A DNA stretch of 64,000 nt from Candidatus Angelobacter sp. (GCA_035262465.1 DATFSU010000078.1:64013-128012); one strand, 5' to 3'. Positions 1 to 9,436 are shown, counted from the first letter of the stretch. Numbers and translations are program-made. The notes: generated by a model not told the origin, from the letters alone.

Positions 1-639
1 CTGCCGTAAAAGCAGAGCCACGTTTTTCCCCCGGTCCCAGAGCCGTCCCACGGTGACGATATTTTTTTCCTTGGTCATGTGCGGATTAAACAAGCCGGGA
101 GTGCGTCCGTTGTAAATCGCCGAGCCCGAGCGAAGCTTGCCGTAGTTGAGCTCCATCTGTTCCAGCATCCAGCGTGAGGGCGCAACGACGGCTGTGGCGG
201 CGTTCAACGCGCGGGTAACAACCTCGCGATACCAGCGCAGCCACTTGGTTTCCGGCGGCTGCTTTTTCTGAACCGACGTCCACCAGCTTACGACGTCGCT
301 ATGAGCCACCACCACGCGGGGCAAATCACAGTCCAGCGCTCCGTAGTAATACTGGCTGAAGTGCAGCAAGTCAGGCTTGCTTTCCTGAATCACGGCCTGC
401 AGGTACTGCGCCGAGGCGATCATATCGGCTTCAGAATCCAGCATCCATTCCAGCTTGAACGCGGTTGGACGATAGTCGAAATTCTGAAGGTCCTCCATCC
501 AGCGAGTTTGTGCGGCGGAGGGAATATCGCCGAAGCTGACCAGTGTGACCCGTTCGCCGCGGCGCAGCAGCCCGGTCACCAACTCTCGCGTATATGTCCA
601 AACACCGCCGAGCGTATCAGCGGTGACTAAGATGTGCAT
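1..639 (-). CDS. Glycosyltransferase, GT4/GT-B type (N-terminal part; ORF continues past left edge)
   Basis: My translation of the minus strand from the ATG at 639-637 gives MHILVTADTLGGVWTYTRELVTGLLRRGERVTLVSF... The frame stays open to position 1. The glycine-rich N-terminus is typical of GT4 enzymes. The start overlaps the stop of the upstream rSAM gene by 23 nt. It is absent from the ORF track because there is no stop inside the window. Confidence 0.75.
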   Translation of the reverse strand, partial: MHILVTADTLGGVWTYTRELVTGLLRRGERVTLVSFGDIPSAAQTRWMEDLQNFDYRPTAFKLEWMLDSEADMIASAQYLQAVIQESKPDLLHFSQYYYGALDCDLPRVVVAHSDVVSWWTSVQKKQPPETKWLRWYREVVTRALNAATAVVAPSRWMLEQMELNYGKLRSGSAIYNGRTPGLFNPHMTKEKNIVTVGRLWDRGKNVALLLRQ

Positions 640-1921
640 GCTCCAGTTCCTCGATCGGGACAGGCATCTGTTCCTGAATATCGCTGTAACCTCGGGCAGC
701 GAACATGGAAGTGTAGTGGCTGTGCGCGCGTTCCCAGGCGCCGTCGTCAGGAGCAGCGGCAAAGGTTTCGGTATAAAGCGGGCTTCCGGGATAGGGGAAC
801 ATGGGCACCGGCTCGCTTACCCAAACGCCACGCGCCTTCAATTCGTCCTGCCAGCGGCGAATTAGCGCGCGATCGTCATGCTCGGTCAAAATCAAATTGG
901 CCTGAACCCAGGGAATGCGCTCGCGCGCATAAATCAACAGCTCTCGAATACGAGCGGTATCGATGCGGCAGTTTTTGTTCAGCTGTTTGCGGCCCTGATG
1001 TGTGATCGATTCAATGCCGCACTCCATCGAGATGCACCCGGCGCGGCCCAGCAACTCCAACGATTCCTCGTCCCAGAGATCGATGCGGGTCTGACAACCG
1101 ATCTTTACCGGACGTTCTGCAATCTCCTCCAGCAAGCGGCGGACGTTTGCGCCAACTCCGAAAATTTCGTCGATGAAATAAACGTAGCTGACGCCGCGGG
1201 CGATCAGCGTATCCACTTCCCGGAGCACGGCATCCACGCGGCGCTCGCGAAATTTATTGCGGAACAGCGTCTTGTTGCAGAAGGTGCAGGCCCAGGGACA
1301 GCCGCGGGCAAACTCCAGTTCGGCGCCCAGTCCGCTGTCACGGGTAAAGACGTGGTGGCGATGCCAGTGAGCTTCGACGTTATAGTTCCGGAAGTCAAGC
1401 GGGCCCAGAGCGCCCAGGTCGGCGACCGCTGACGACGGGCTGATATGAAATCCACCTTCCTCCTTGAAACAACAACCTGGAATCTCATTCCATGGCTTTG
1501 ACGCCAGATCGGCGAGGACCTGGTCAGGTTCGCCGCGCAGAGCTACGTCACATCCGGTCTTGCGAATGGTGGAGGCCGGTGTTGCTGAGGAATGCGGCCC
1601 GATCACCACTTTGATGGCGGAGCTCTCCAGACCGGCAAGCCACTCCATCGGCACCCGCAGCTCAGGCGGAGGACAACGCCAGAACAAATAGGAAGGCGCG
1701 GTGGGAATCACAAGGAAATCCGGGTGAAAACCATCGATGCGGCGTCTGGCTTCCTGCAGGTTGAGGTTGTCAGTTTGCGCATCGATCAGGAGAGGTTCGT
1801 GCCCGTTTAAACGCAACTGGCCGGCCGCGAACATCAGCTCCAGAGGGACGTGCGGATCTTTGCATCCGAAATAAGTGGACCCCTTGAAATCCCAGTTGGG
1901 ATTAAGCAGGGCAAATTTCAT
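617..1921 (-). CDS. B12-binding domain / radical SAM protein
   Basis: 434-aa ORF. It has an N-terminal B12-binding-like Rossmann region and a CxxxCxxC cluster motif ('GCPWACTFCNK'). Its ATGA start/stop overlaps the next gene. Confidence 0.9.
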   Translation of the reverse strand: MKFALLNPNWDFKGSTYFGCKDPHVPLELMFAAGQLRLNGHEPLLIDAQTDNLNLQEARRRIDGFHPDFLVIPTAPSYLFWRCPPPELRVPMEWLAGLESSAIKVVIGPHSSATPASTIRKTGCDVALRGEPDQVLADLASKPWNEIPGCCFKEEGGFHISPSSAVADLGALGPLDFRNYNVEAHWHRHHVFTRDSGLGAELEFARGCPWACTFCNKTLFRNKFRERRVDAVLREVDTLIARGVSYVYFIDEIFGVGANVRRLLEEIAERPVKIGCQTRIDLWDEESLELLGRAGCISMECGIESITHQGRKQLNKNCRIDTARIRELLIYARERIPWVQANLILTEHDDRALIRRWQDELKARGVWVSEPVPMFPYPGSPLYTETFAAAPDDGAWERAHSHYTSMFAARGYSDIQEQMPVPIEELEHAHLSHR

Positions 1922-3030
1922 CCCGCCCTCCCGGAAAGCTCTGTTGCCAGGGCAAATGGTGATGGCGCTGCCGAAGGAGCGCGACGGTGGGCCGCCAGCA
2001 CGCCATGATTCTCTTCCCAGAACCGCTGCAGAAGAGCGATGGTCTCCTTCAAGCCGATCTGCGGTTTCCAGCCGGTAGCGCAGGTGATCCTGGTGTTGTC
2101 AGTGATGTAGACGGACTGGTCGCCGACGCGGCGATCGCCTCGCTTCAATTCCATGCGATGCCCGGTGAGTGTTTCAAGCTCATCGACCAACTCCAGAAGC
2201 GACGTAGTGTTCGCCAGCCCGCCGCCGACGTTATAGACTTGAGCGCGCGTGGTCCTCAGATTCTGCCGCGCCGCGTCGAGGGCACGAATCAAATCGTGCA
2301 CGCAGAGCACATCGCGGACCTGCATGCCGTCGCCGTAAATGACCACCGGCCGGCCCTGCAAAGCGGAATAAACAAAGTGCGCGAGCCACCCCTGGTCTTC
2401 GGTACCAAATTGCCGCGGGCCAGCCACGCACGACAACCGGAATACGACTGTCGGCAAACCATAGACACGGCCAAAATCGCGCACGTACTGATCCGCCGCG
2501 CCCTTTGAGCAACCATAGGGCGAGTGAAAATCCAAAGGCTGAGACTCGGAGATACCTTCGTGGTCCGGGATCTGGTAGCGATTTCCACGAATCACCGGCT
2601 CACCCAGGCCCAAGTCACCATACACTTTGTTGGTGGAAGAGAATGCGATGAACGGGTTGTTGCCGCTCCGCCGGGCAGCATCCAGCACATTGAATGTGCC
2701 GGCCAAGTTGACTTCAAAATCATGCCGGGGGTCGGCCACCGAGGTGGTAACCGCGACCTGTGCCGCAAATTGATAAATCTCGGCGGCCCGCGCGACGGCT
2801 CTTTCCACCAGCCGGGCATCACGCACATCGCCGACGGTAACCTGCAAACGGTCAGAGTTGCCCGCGGTCTTCCTCAGCCACTCCAGATTGTGGTGCACGC
2901 CGGGGCGCGAGAGATTATCAAAGACATGCACCCTGGCGTCAGTATCTCTGAGCAGGGAGTACGCCAGGTTTGATCCGATGAAACCTGCACCACCAAAAAT
3001 TGTTACGGAGCGTACTTCTTGCTTCCGCAT
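1918..3030 (-). CDS. NAD-dependent epimerase/dehydratase (extended SDR, CDP-paratose 2-epimerase-like)
   Basis: 370 aa. It carries 'IFGGAGFIGSNL' (the GxxGxxG NAD motif) and 'YGCSKGAADQY' (YxxxK). Confidence 0.9.
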   Translation of the reverse strand: MRKQEVRSVTIFGGAGFIGSNLAYSLLRDTDARVHVFDNLSRPGVHHNLEWLRKTAGNSDRLQVTVGDVRDARLVERAVARAAEIYQFAAQVAVTTSVADPRHDFEVNLAGTFNVLDAARRSGNNPFIAFSSTNKVYGDLGLGEPVIRGNRYQIPDHEGISESQPLDFHSPYGCSKGAADQYVRDFGRVYGLPTVVFRLSCVAGPRQFGTEDQGWLAHFVYSALQGRPVVIYGDGMQVRDVLCVHDLIRALDAARQNLRTTRAQVYNVGGGLANTTSLLELVDELETLTGHRMELKRGDRRVGDQSVYITDNTRITCATGWKPQIGLKETIALLQRFWEENHGVLAAHRRAPSAAPSPFALATELSGRAG

Positions 3031-3057
3031 GGGTTTCCCCCTTTCACAATCTTGCGC

Positions 3058-4176
3058 TCAGGCGGTCAGCCCAAATTCGTCCAATCGGGCGACCGCTTCA
3101 GCGGCTCGGTCTTGTGGCTGTTGCGAACACAGCCACTGCACCAGATCCTTCAGTCCATCGGCAAAGCGCACCGTGGGCGTATAACCCAAGCATTTGCGCG
3201 CAGCCGAAATATCGGCAAAGCAGTGGCGAACATCACCTGCGCGGTATTTCAGGGTAAGCGCCGCGGGAATGGATTTCTTCATTTCGCGCGACAGCTCCGC
3301 GGCGACATCACAAATGGAAACTGGCTCACCTGATCCGATGTTGAGCGCCATTCCGTCTGCGCCGGAGCGCTCCATGGCCAGCAGGTTGGCGTGCACGATG
3401 TCGCGCACGCTCACGAAATCGCGCAGCTGCCTTCCATCTTCAAAAATCATAGGAGGATTACCGTTCATCAGCCGCGCGGCAAAGATCGCAGCGACGCCGG
3501 TATAAGGGTTGGAGAGCGCCTGCCGCGTTCCGTAAATGTTGAAATATCGCAGCGCGACTACGGGCAGCCCGTAGGTGCGTCCAAAAAGCAGGCACATCTC
3601 CTCCTGGTCTTTCTTGGAGAGCGAATAGATGGAGCTGCACTGCAGCGGCTTGGATTCATCCGTAGGAACCGGGGTAAGACCGGCTTCACAGCCAGGACAC
3701 CGCGGTTCCCACTGCCGGGTCCGGAGCTGATCAAGGGAACGCAAAGGCGGAGCGACCTCGCCGCAGCGCTCGCATAAATATTTCCCTTCACCGTAGATCG
3801 ACATGGACGAAGCCAAAACCAGCTTCTCTACCTGGCCCCTGCGGTGAAGAAGTTCCTGCAGCAGCACAGCCGTGCCCTGCGTGTTGGCTCCCATGTAGCG
3901 TTCGATTTCATACATGGACTGGCCCACGCCGACGGCTGCAGCCAGATGGAATACGACGTCAATGCGGTTCAGTGCGCGACGGACCGCGGAAGAATCCTGC
4001 ACGTCGCCGGCCACAAATTCCGCTTCGGGAGACAAATAGCCCGGAACATCGTGGTGATGAACCTGCTCGGTCAGGTTATCGAAGACGCGAACTTTGTGAC
4101 CGGCAGCCAGCAAGGCATCGGCGAGATGCGATCCCACAAACCCCGCGCCTCCCGTGATGAGAATGTTCTTTGCCAT
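3058..4176 (-). CDS. NAD-dependent epimerase/dehydratase with inserted Cys4 zinc-ribbon
   Basis: 372 aa. It has the 'ITGGAGFVGSHL' NAD motif and 'YSLSKKDQE' (YxxxK). An insertion, 'CERCGEVAPP...RCPGCEAG' (CxxC-x22-CxxC), lies between them. Confidence 0.9.
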   Translation of the reverse strand: MAKNILITGGAGFVGSHLADALLAAGHKVRVFDNLTEQVHHHDVPGYLSPEAEFVAGDVQDSSAVRRALNRIDVVFHLAAAVGVGQSMYEIERYMGANTQGTAVLLQELLHRRGQVEKLVLASSMSIYGEGKYLCERCGEVAPPLRSLDQLRTRQWEPRCPGCEAGLTPVPTDESKPLQCSSIYSLSKKDQEEMCLLFGRTYGLPVVALRYFNIYGTRQALSNPYTGVAAIFAARLMNGNPPMIFEDGRQLRDFVSVRDIVHANLLAMERSGADGMALNIGSGEPVSICDVAAELSREMKKSIPAALTLKYRAGDVRHCFADISAARKCLGYTPTVRFADGLKDLVQWLCSQQPQDRAAEAVARLDEFGLTA

Positions 4177-4178
4177 GC

Positions 4179-5093
4179 TTAGTCGGCTCCTATAAGGACT
4201 TCATTGCTCTTCTTCGCCGCGGCATACTTGCGCACCGACCAAACCGCAAACTCGATAAAGTCTTCCACGCGCCGGGGCGGGCTGGTGTAATGCGGAGCAA
4301 GGCCCATGTGTTCGGGGGTAAAGCACAGGGTCAGGGTCGTGGTAAACGGCTCCAATGCCTGCATCTGGCGATCAAACCAGGCTTCAGCATTGGGACGAAA
4401 CCAGTCCGCCCAGCTGATGCCGGTGCGCAGGTATTTCACTTGCAACCGTTTCAGCCATTCCACGGCGAGATCCAGCCGGTGATCCTCATAGTGAAACCAC
4501 TGGCAGATGCCCATGCCGAGGGGAAAGGAGCCGGCTGCCAGCTTGGGCGAGCCGTCTTCGCGCAACAGGCCCATATAATAATGACGATAGTAGGCGCTGC
4601 CTTCCGCCTCCTTGTGCCGGGTGGTTGCGGTCCAGGTGGCCGGGAGATCCAGCAGGCTATACCAGTGCACACGCTCCACCAGCGGCAACAGCAGCTCCGC
4701 CGTGCGTTCCAGGCCAAACACCTGGATCTCTTCTGCGCCGAACGAAGAAACACCGGCCTCCGATACCCACACCGGCTTACGAGTTACGGCACGAATCTCC
4801 TCGATCTTTTTGGGCCAGTCATGAATCTGCCAGTGATTCCAGTCGAGCGGAAAGCCGTGCACGGCGACCACATCCACAGCGTCAAGGGCGCCGTAGGAGC
4901 CGAGGAGTTCGATGAAATGGGGGTCGATCGGAGAAATGCCGCCCAGAACCAGCGGCAGCTCGGGATTTTCACGACGAATCGCTTTGCCCGCGGCGATCAC
5001 CATTTGCGCAAACAGCTTCCACTCAGGATCGAGTTTGAAATCCCAATGGGAAAGATTATTTGGCTCATTCCACAGCATTACTGCTTCAACCAT
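4179..5093 (-). CDS. Clan GH-A (TIM-barrel) glycoside hydrolase-like protein
   Basis: 'MLWNEPNN' matches the NEP acid/base motif and 'VWVSEAG' matches the nucleophile Glu context. The ORF-track start at 5111 is a TTG. I prefer the ATG at 5093, which is preceded by AAAGGTG. Confidence 0.75.
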   Translation of the reverse strand: MVEAVMLWNEPNNLSHWDFKLDPEWKLFAQMVIAAGKAIRRENPELPLVLGGISPIDPHFIELLGSYGALDAVDVVAVHGFPLDWNHWQIHDWPKKIEEIRAVTRKPVWVSEAGVSSFGAEEIQVFGLERTAELLLPLVERVHWYSLLDLPATWTATTRHKEAEGSAYYRHYYMGLLREDGSPKLAAGSFPLGMGICQWFHYEDHRLDLAVEWLKRLQVKYLRTGISWADWFRPNAEAWFDRQMQALEPFTTTLTLCFTPEHMGLAPHYTSPPRRVEDFIEFAVWSVRKYAAAKKSNEVLIGAD

Positions 5094-5124
5094 GCATGCA
5101 CCTTTGCACAAGAGCTGGGCTGGG

Positions 5125-5931
5125 CTACAGGGTGCCCGCTAATTCGTGGTCCAAGATAAACCTGCCGTCTTCTTTGGTGACCTGGGAGGGAACGCAAATC
5201 CATGTTTCCTGTTCCGGATGCGCCCGAATCTCCAGCCCCGAACTGCGCAGCATGGCTTCCATGGCGCCATGGTTGGGGATCCACCAGTTCGTCGGGTCTC
5301 CCGCATATTTTTTTTCAATAAAGTACATGCAGGGGAACTCCCGGTTATTAAAGATTTCCAGATTCCAGAAATGATAGTCATCGCAGAGCTCAGGACTGGT
5401 GAGCGAGCCGCGAACCATCGTTTGGAAAACCAGATTGCCTCTTACTTTCTTGATTACCTTGTCCAGCGCGAACAAAGGATAGCGCAAGTGGTAAAACACT
5501 CCCATGAACAGCACGTAATCAAACTGGCCGGGAACCGAATCAATATCATAGACAGAGCACTTTTGAAATTCGATGTCGAGGCCAAGGACCTGCGCGGCAA
5601 AGCGGGCCTGCTCGAGATAACGGTCATCCACGTCAAGGCCGAGCACGCGGCTGGCGCCCCGCTTTTTGAGTTCAATGGAATAGAAGCCGCCGTTGCAGCC
5701 AACATCGAGCACGCTGGCGCCGGAGAGGTCCTGGGGAATCGCCGGGGCCAGGCTCTTCCACTTGATATTGGGGAAGTCACCCAAAAAATGATTCGGCGCG
5801 GTAAGGACGCCATGCAGGTTGATATTGTGGAACCATTCACCCATCTCGGAAATCCGGCGAGTGAGTTCCTGGCGACCGTTCAACTGTTCCGCTATTGCTT
5901 CCCGAGTGATACTCGTTTGTGTTGTCACCAT
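5125..5931 (-). CDS. Class I SAM-dependent methyltransferase (CmoB/Methyltransf_9-like)
   Basis: 268 aa with the SAM motif I 'VLDVGCNGGFYSIEL'. It is the first gene of the minus-strand cassette 5931->1. Confidence 0.85.
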   Translation of the reverse strand: MVTTQTSITREAIAEQLNGRQELTRRISEMGEWFHNINLHGVLTAPNHFLGDFPNIKWKSLAPAIPQDLSGASVLDVGCNGGFYSIELKKRGASRVLGLDVDDRYLEQARFAAQVLGLDIEFQKCSVYDIDSVPGQFDYVLFMGVFYHLRYPLFALDKVIKKVRGNLVFQTMVRGSLTSPELCDDYHFWNLEIFNNREFPCMYFIEKKYAGDPTNWWIPNHGAMEAMLRSSGLEIRAHPEQETWICVPSQVTKEDGRFILDHELAGTL

Positions 5932-6063
5932 GTCAGGGACCGTTTTCTCTTTTCCTCGATTAGAGATGAGGCATGGTACTCGGGATGTCCTTTGCAGGTG
6001 GATCCCGGTGCAAACCGGCGCATAGTCTTAAACCGGCGCCGTTCAATGAGATTCCGTATTAAT

Positions 6064-6107
6064 AGAAAAAAGGAACGGGAGCCAATGCAGTGTGAGCTCC
6101 TGTTCCC
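6064..6107 (-). terminator. Rho-independent terminator downstream of the small membrane protein gene
   Basis: The stem is ggaacgggagc/gctcctgttcc (6072-6082 and 6096-6106, one mismatch). On the minus strand it is followed by TTTTTTCTATT. Confidence 0.6.
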
Positions 6108-6154
6108 TGTAGTCAACTTAAATGGCCGGCATGAAGCGGCATGAAAAGCGGTGG

Positions 6155-6301
6155 TCAGACTGTCCTGCGGCCGGTAACGAGGTTGATCACAGCCACAACC
6201 AGGGCAATCACTAAAAGCAGATGGATTAAACCGCCCGCCACATGGAATCCCCAGCCCAGAAGCCACAGGATAATGAGGATGGCAAAAATTGTCCAAAGCA
6301 T
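6155..6301 (-). CDS. lmo0937-family small membrane protein (48 aa)
   Basis: The sequence is MLWTIFAILIILWLLGWGFHVAGGLIHLLLVIALVVAVINLVTGRRTV. An AAGGGG RBS lies upstream of the ATG at 6301. The 100-aa ORF-track version has a non-protein-like N-terminal extension. Confidence 0.75.
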   Translation of the reverse strand: MLWTIFAILIILWLLGWGFHVAGGLIHLLLVIALVVAVINLVTGRRTV

Positions 6302-6487
6302 AGGTACCCCTTGAATCAGAAACAGGCATCGACTTGCTACAAAATTTGAGAGGCAGCTTCTTAGGCCGGAGTTGTCTCCGAGAGCAGGGATTTCCGAAGA
6401 ATTGAATGGCCGCGATCCACCTGATTCAACAGGCTTGAAATCGCGGCCGGTCTGCAACTTTTTTCTGGATTTAGACTTAGCAGCCCG

Positions 6488-7906
6488 CTATCTGGCTACG
6501 GGCGGCGAGTTGACCCAATGTGAGATTCCATATTCTTTCAGCTTGCGGTACAAGGTGGTTTTACCAATGCCGAGGGCGCGTGCGGTCATCAGCTTGTCTC
6601 CATTGAGCTGCTGGAGAGCGCCGAGGATCGCCTGCTTTTCCATCTCCGCCAGGGGAAGAATCTGGGCCTGACGGCCGGGCACAGGGGTACGCAGCGCGAC
6701 GGTACGAATGTGAGGCGGAAAATCTCCTGTCTGCAGGACCGGTCCAAGGCTCATGGCTGCCGCGCGCTCAAGACAATTTTCCAGTTCGCGGACGTTGCCG
6801 GGCCAGTCATACAGAAGCAGAAGCTTCATCGCTTCAGTGCTGATGGAATACTGAACGTGCTTGCCGCCGCCAATGCGATCGAGAAAATGTTCGGCCAGGA
6901 GGCGAATATCTTCTTTGCGGTCGCGCAGAGGCGGCAAGCGAAGGCCGACTACGTTCAGCCGGAAAAACAAGTCGCGGCGAAAAGTTCCCTGCTGCACAGC
7001 CATTTCCAGATCGCGGCTGGTGGCGGCAATAATGCGGGAATCCACCGGAACCGCTTTCCCGCTGCCCTGCACATGAAATTCTTTTTCCTGCAGAGCGCGG
7101 AACAATTTGGCTTGCATGTCGAGCGGCATTTCTCCGATCTCATCCAGGAAGAGCGTGCCGCCGCTGGCCAGCGCCAGCGTGCCTTCTTTTGTCTTGCCGT
7201 TGGTGGACTTCGCCGTGCCAAAAAGCTCCGCTTCGAGCACTCCAGGGGCCGCGGAAGCGCAATCGACCACGACAAACGGACGGTCCTGGTACGGGCCATC
7301 CGCATGAATGGCGCGCGCCACGGTCTCCTTGCCTGTTCCGCTTTCACCCTGCACCAGCACAGGGTGTTTGCTGGCGGCAACCTTGGCGACAATGCGATAC
7401 AGCTTCTGCATTTCCGCCGAAACGCCCAGCAGAGTCTTGTAGCCGGGATTGCTCTGCAGTTGTTCGCGGACGATGCGTTCTTCCAGCGAGTTACGCAGGC
7501 GGCCGGCGGCGCGTGTCAGCAGCGTCCGGAGCTCGTCGGCCTTGAACGGTTTGCGAATGAAGTCGCAGGCGCCGCTCTTCATGGCCGTTACCACGGAGTC
7601 AACCGTGGCCTGCCCGCTCGACATGATTACTTCAGTCTGGGGATGGATTTCTTTAAATTTGGCCAGCAAATCGAGTCCATCCTGAGCTGACTGGCGGACA
7701 TCCAGCAAGACCACATCAACCGGCTGAACTTCCATCTGGCGCAAGGCGGCGCGCGGGCTGTCGGCGCCGTAAACCTTGAAGCCTACACTCTCTGCAACTT
7801 CCCGGCACAAATCACGGACTGAGCGATCTCCATCCACGATGAGAAGGAACAACGATTCCGCAGGAGTGACTTCCTGCTGCGACATGATCCGTACTGCTGT
7901 CGACAT
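6488..7906 (-). CDS. NtrC-family response regulator (receiver + AAA+ + Fis-type HTH), GAFTGA motif absent
   Basis: 472 aa. The receiver has 'VVLLDV', Walker A is 'GESGTGKE', 'GGTLFLDEIGEM' is present, and there is a C-terminal HTH. The expected GAFTGA loop reads 'ELFGTAKSTNGKTKEG'. Confidence 0.9.
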   Translation of the reverse strand: MSTAVRIMSQQEVTPAESLFLLIVDGDRSVRDLCREVAESVGFKVYGADSPRAALRQMEVQPVDVVLLDVRQSAQDGLDLLAKFKEIHPQTEVIMSSGQATVDSVVTAMKSGACDFIRKPFKADELRTLLTRAAGRLRNSLEERIVREQLQSNPGYKTLLGVSAEMQKLYRIVAKVAASKHPVLVQGESGTGKETVARAIHADGPYQDRPFVVVDCASAAPGVLEAELFGTAKSTNGKTKEGTLALASGGTLFLDEIGEMPLDMQAKLFRALQEKEFHVQGSGKAVPVDSRIIAATSRDLEMAVQQGTFRRDLFFRLNVVGLRLPPLRDRKEDIRLLAEHFLDRIGGGKHVQYSISTEAMKLLLLYDWPGNVRELENCLERAAAMSLGPVLQTGDFPPHIRTVALRTPVPGRQAQILPLAEMEKQAILGALQQLNGDKLMTARALGIGKTTLYRKLKEYGISHWVNSPPVAR

Positions 7907-8346
7907 ATCTACTCTTCTCCGCTTTCTAGGACGTAAAACATTTTGGTGTCCCGGTCAGAACCTGTCGTCCTAAGAGCCATGCTGCTCTGGCCGAGTGACC
8001 CTCAAAATCGATTCATCTCCCCGCGTTCATGGCCGATACCAGATTTGGACAAAACGTAAATTATTATTGCGTTTCGCAAAAAAGTTAGCGTTCTGCAGCG
8101 TGAGCTCGGTTCACCTTACAAAATGAATCTGACTTGCAACTTAAATGACAGTTGAAGCTTTTCCACTCCACGACTTAAAAATTTCCGATTTCCGAACACC
8201 GGGAGGAGAAGGAACTAAGAAAAACAACTGCCCCAGGTGCAATGAACACTCAGGCAATAACCAATGAACTAAGTTGGCTTGACTTACCGTAAAGGCACGC
8301 GATACCTTCGCGGAAAGACCTACGCTGAATCCAGCGGGAGCAAATT

Positions 8347-9153
8347 GTGCCTTTTCAGAGGATGATCACACTCACCACCGATTTTGGTTTAACGGAGCAC
8401 TACGTTGGTGCAATGAAAGGGGTTATTTATAGCATTCATCCGTCAGTACAGCTGGTGGATATCACCAACGCGGTGCAGTCATTTGACGTTCTGGACGGAG
8501 CACTCGCTATCGCTCAGGCATACAGTTATTTCCCCAAAGATACAGTACATGTAGTGGTCGTCGACCCGGGCGTGGGAGGGCCACGTAGGCCCATTATTGC
8601 TAGTATTGGACAATATCTGTTTGTCGCACCGGACAATGGAGTGCTATCGCTGGTGTATGAGCGGGAGGAGCGGGTCACAGTACGGCACATCACCGCAGAA
8701 CATTATTTCCATCAACCGATCAGCAATACATTCCACGGCCGGGACATTTTTGCGCCAGTGGCCGCCTACCTGAGCAAGGGAGTAGAAGCCACCAAGTTCG
8801 GCGATGAGATCACTGACTACGTCCGTTTTGCCGCACCCAGGCCGAAGCCAGCCGGGACCAATGCCTGGAAGGGCATTGTGCTGAAGACCGACAAATTCGG
8901 CAACCTTATTACCAACATCACGGCAAGGGACGTTCCCCAGATTTTTGACGGCACCTCGAATGGACTCAAGATCACTGTAGGCAAAGCGGAGATCACCAAA
9001 CTCTGCTCCAGTTATGCCGAAGGCGCCCAGGGCGAGTTGTTCGCAATCGTGGGCAGCGCCGGCTTTCTCGAAATCTCCTGCAACAAGGCTGCGGCTTCAC
9101 GTGTGGCTGGAGCCGACAAAGGCAGCGAAGTGGGATTGATGATTGCCGGCTGA
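8347..9153 (+). CDS. SAM hydrolase / SAM-dependent halogenase family protein (DUF62)
   Basis: 268 aa. The N-terminus 'ITLTTDFGLTEHYVGAMKGVI' and 'VVVVDPGVG' are characteristic of the family. The GTG start at 8347 is uncertain; an ATG at 8362 is possible. Confidence 0.85.
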   Translation: MPFQRMITLTTDFGLTEHYVGAMKGVIYSIHPSVQLVDITNAVQSFDVLDGALAIAQAYSYFPKDTVHVVVVDPGVGGPRRPIIASIGQYLFVAPDNGVLSLVYEREERVTVRHITAEHYFHQPISNTFHGRDIFAPVAAYLSKGVEATKFGDEITDYVRFAAPRPKPAGTNAWKGIVLKTDKFGNLITNITARDVPQIFDGTSNGLKITVGKAEITKLCSSYAEGAQGELFAIVGSAGFLEISCNKAAASRVAGADKGSEVGLMIAG

Positions 9154-9202
9154 TTCCCTCGTCTGTCTGAAGTCAATGTCCTCTTGTTTATACTGATTGT
9201 TC

Positions 9203-9436
9203 ATGGGCCAGCTACTCCGCTTTTTCTGGAACTCAACCCGCGGACATCGTTTCGCGCCGTGGCGCAGCCCTTATCTGCGCTGGCGCATGGAAACATACTC
9301 CGGCCTCAAGATGGATAAGATCGGTTTCCTCGAATTCTGGGGCTTCATGTTTCGCGAACGAAAGCAGCTTCGCCATTTCTTGAAATGGACCTCTGAAATG
9401 GACAACTACGCGCGACCGAAGCCGAAGAATCCGTAA
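9203..9436 (+). CDS. Hypothetical small protein (77 aa)
   Basis: The ORF has an ATG at 9203 (the ORF-track start at 9197 is a TTG). It is Trp/Arg/Phe-rich with no recognisable domain. Confidence 0.4.
   Translation: MGQLLRFFWNSTRGHRFAPWRSPYLRWRMETYSGLKMDKIGFLEFWGFMFRERKQLRHFLKWTSEMDNYARPKPKNP

Noticed and set aside
86-630. Track ORFs 86-283 (-) and 301-630 (+).
   Set aside because: Both fall inside the edge-truncated glycosyltransferase gene (1-639, minus strand, a different frame), which has a convincing GT4-like translation.
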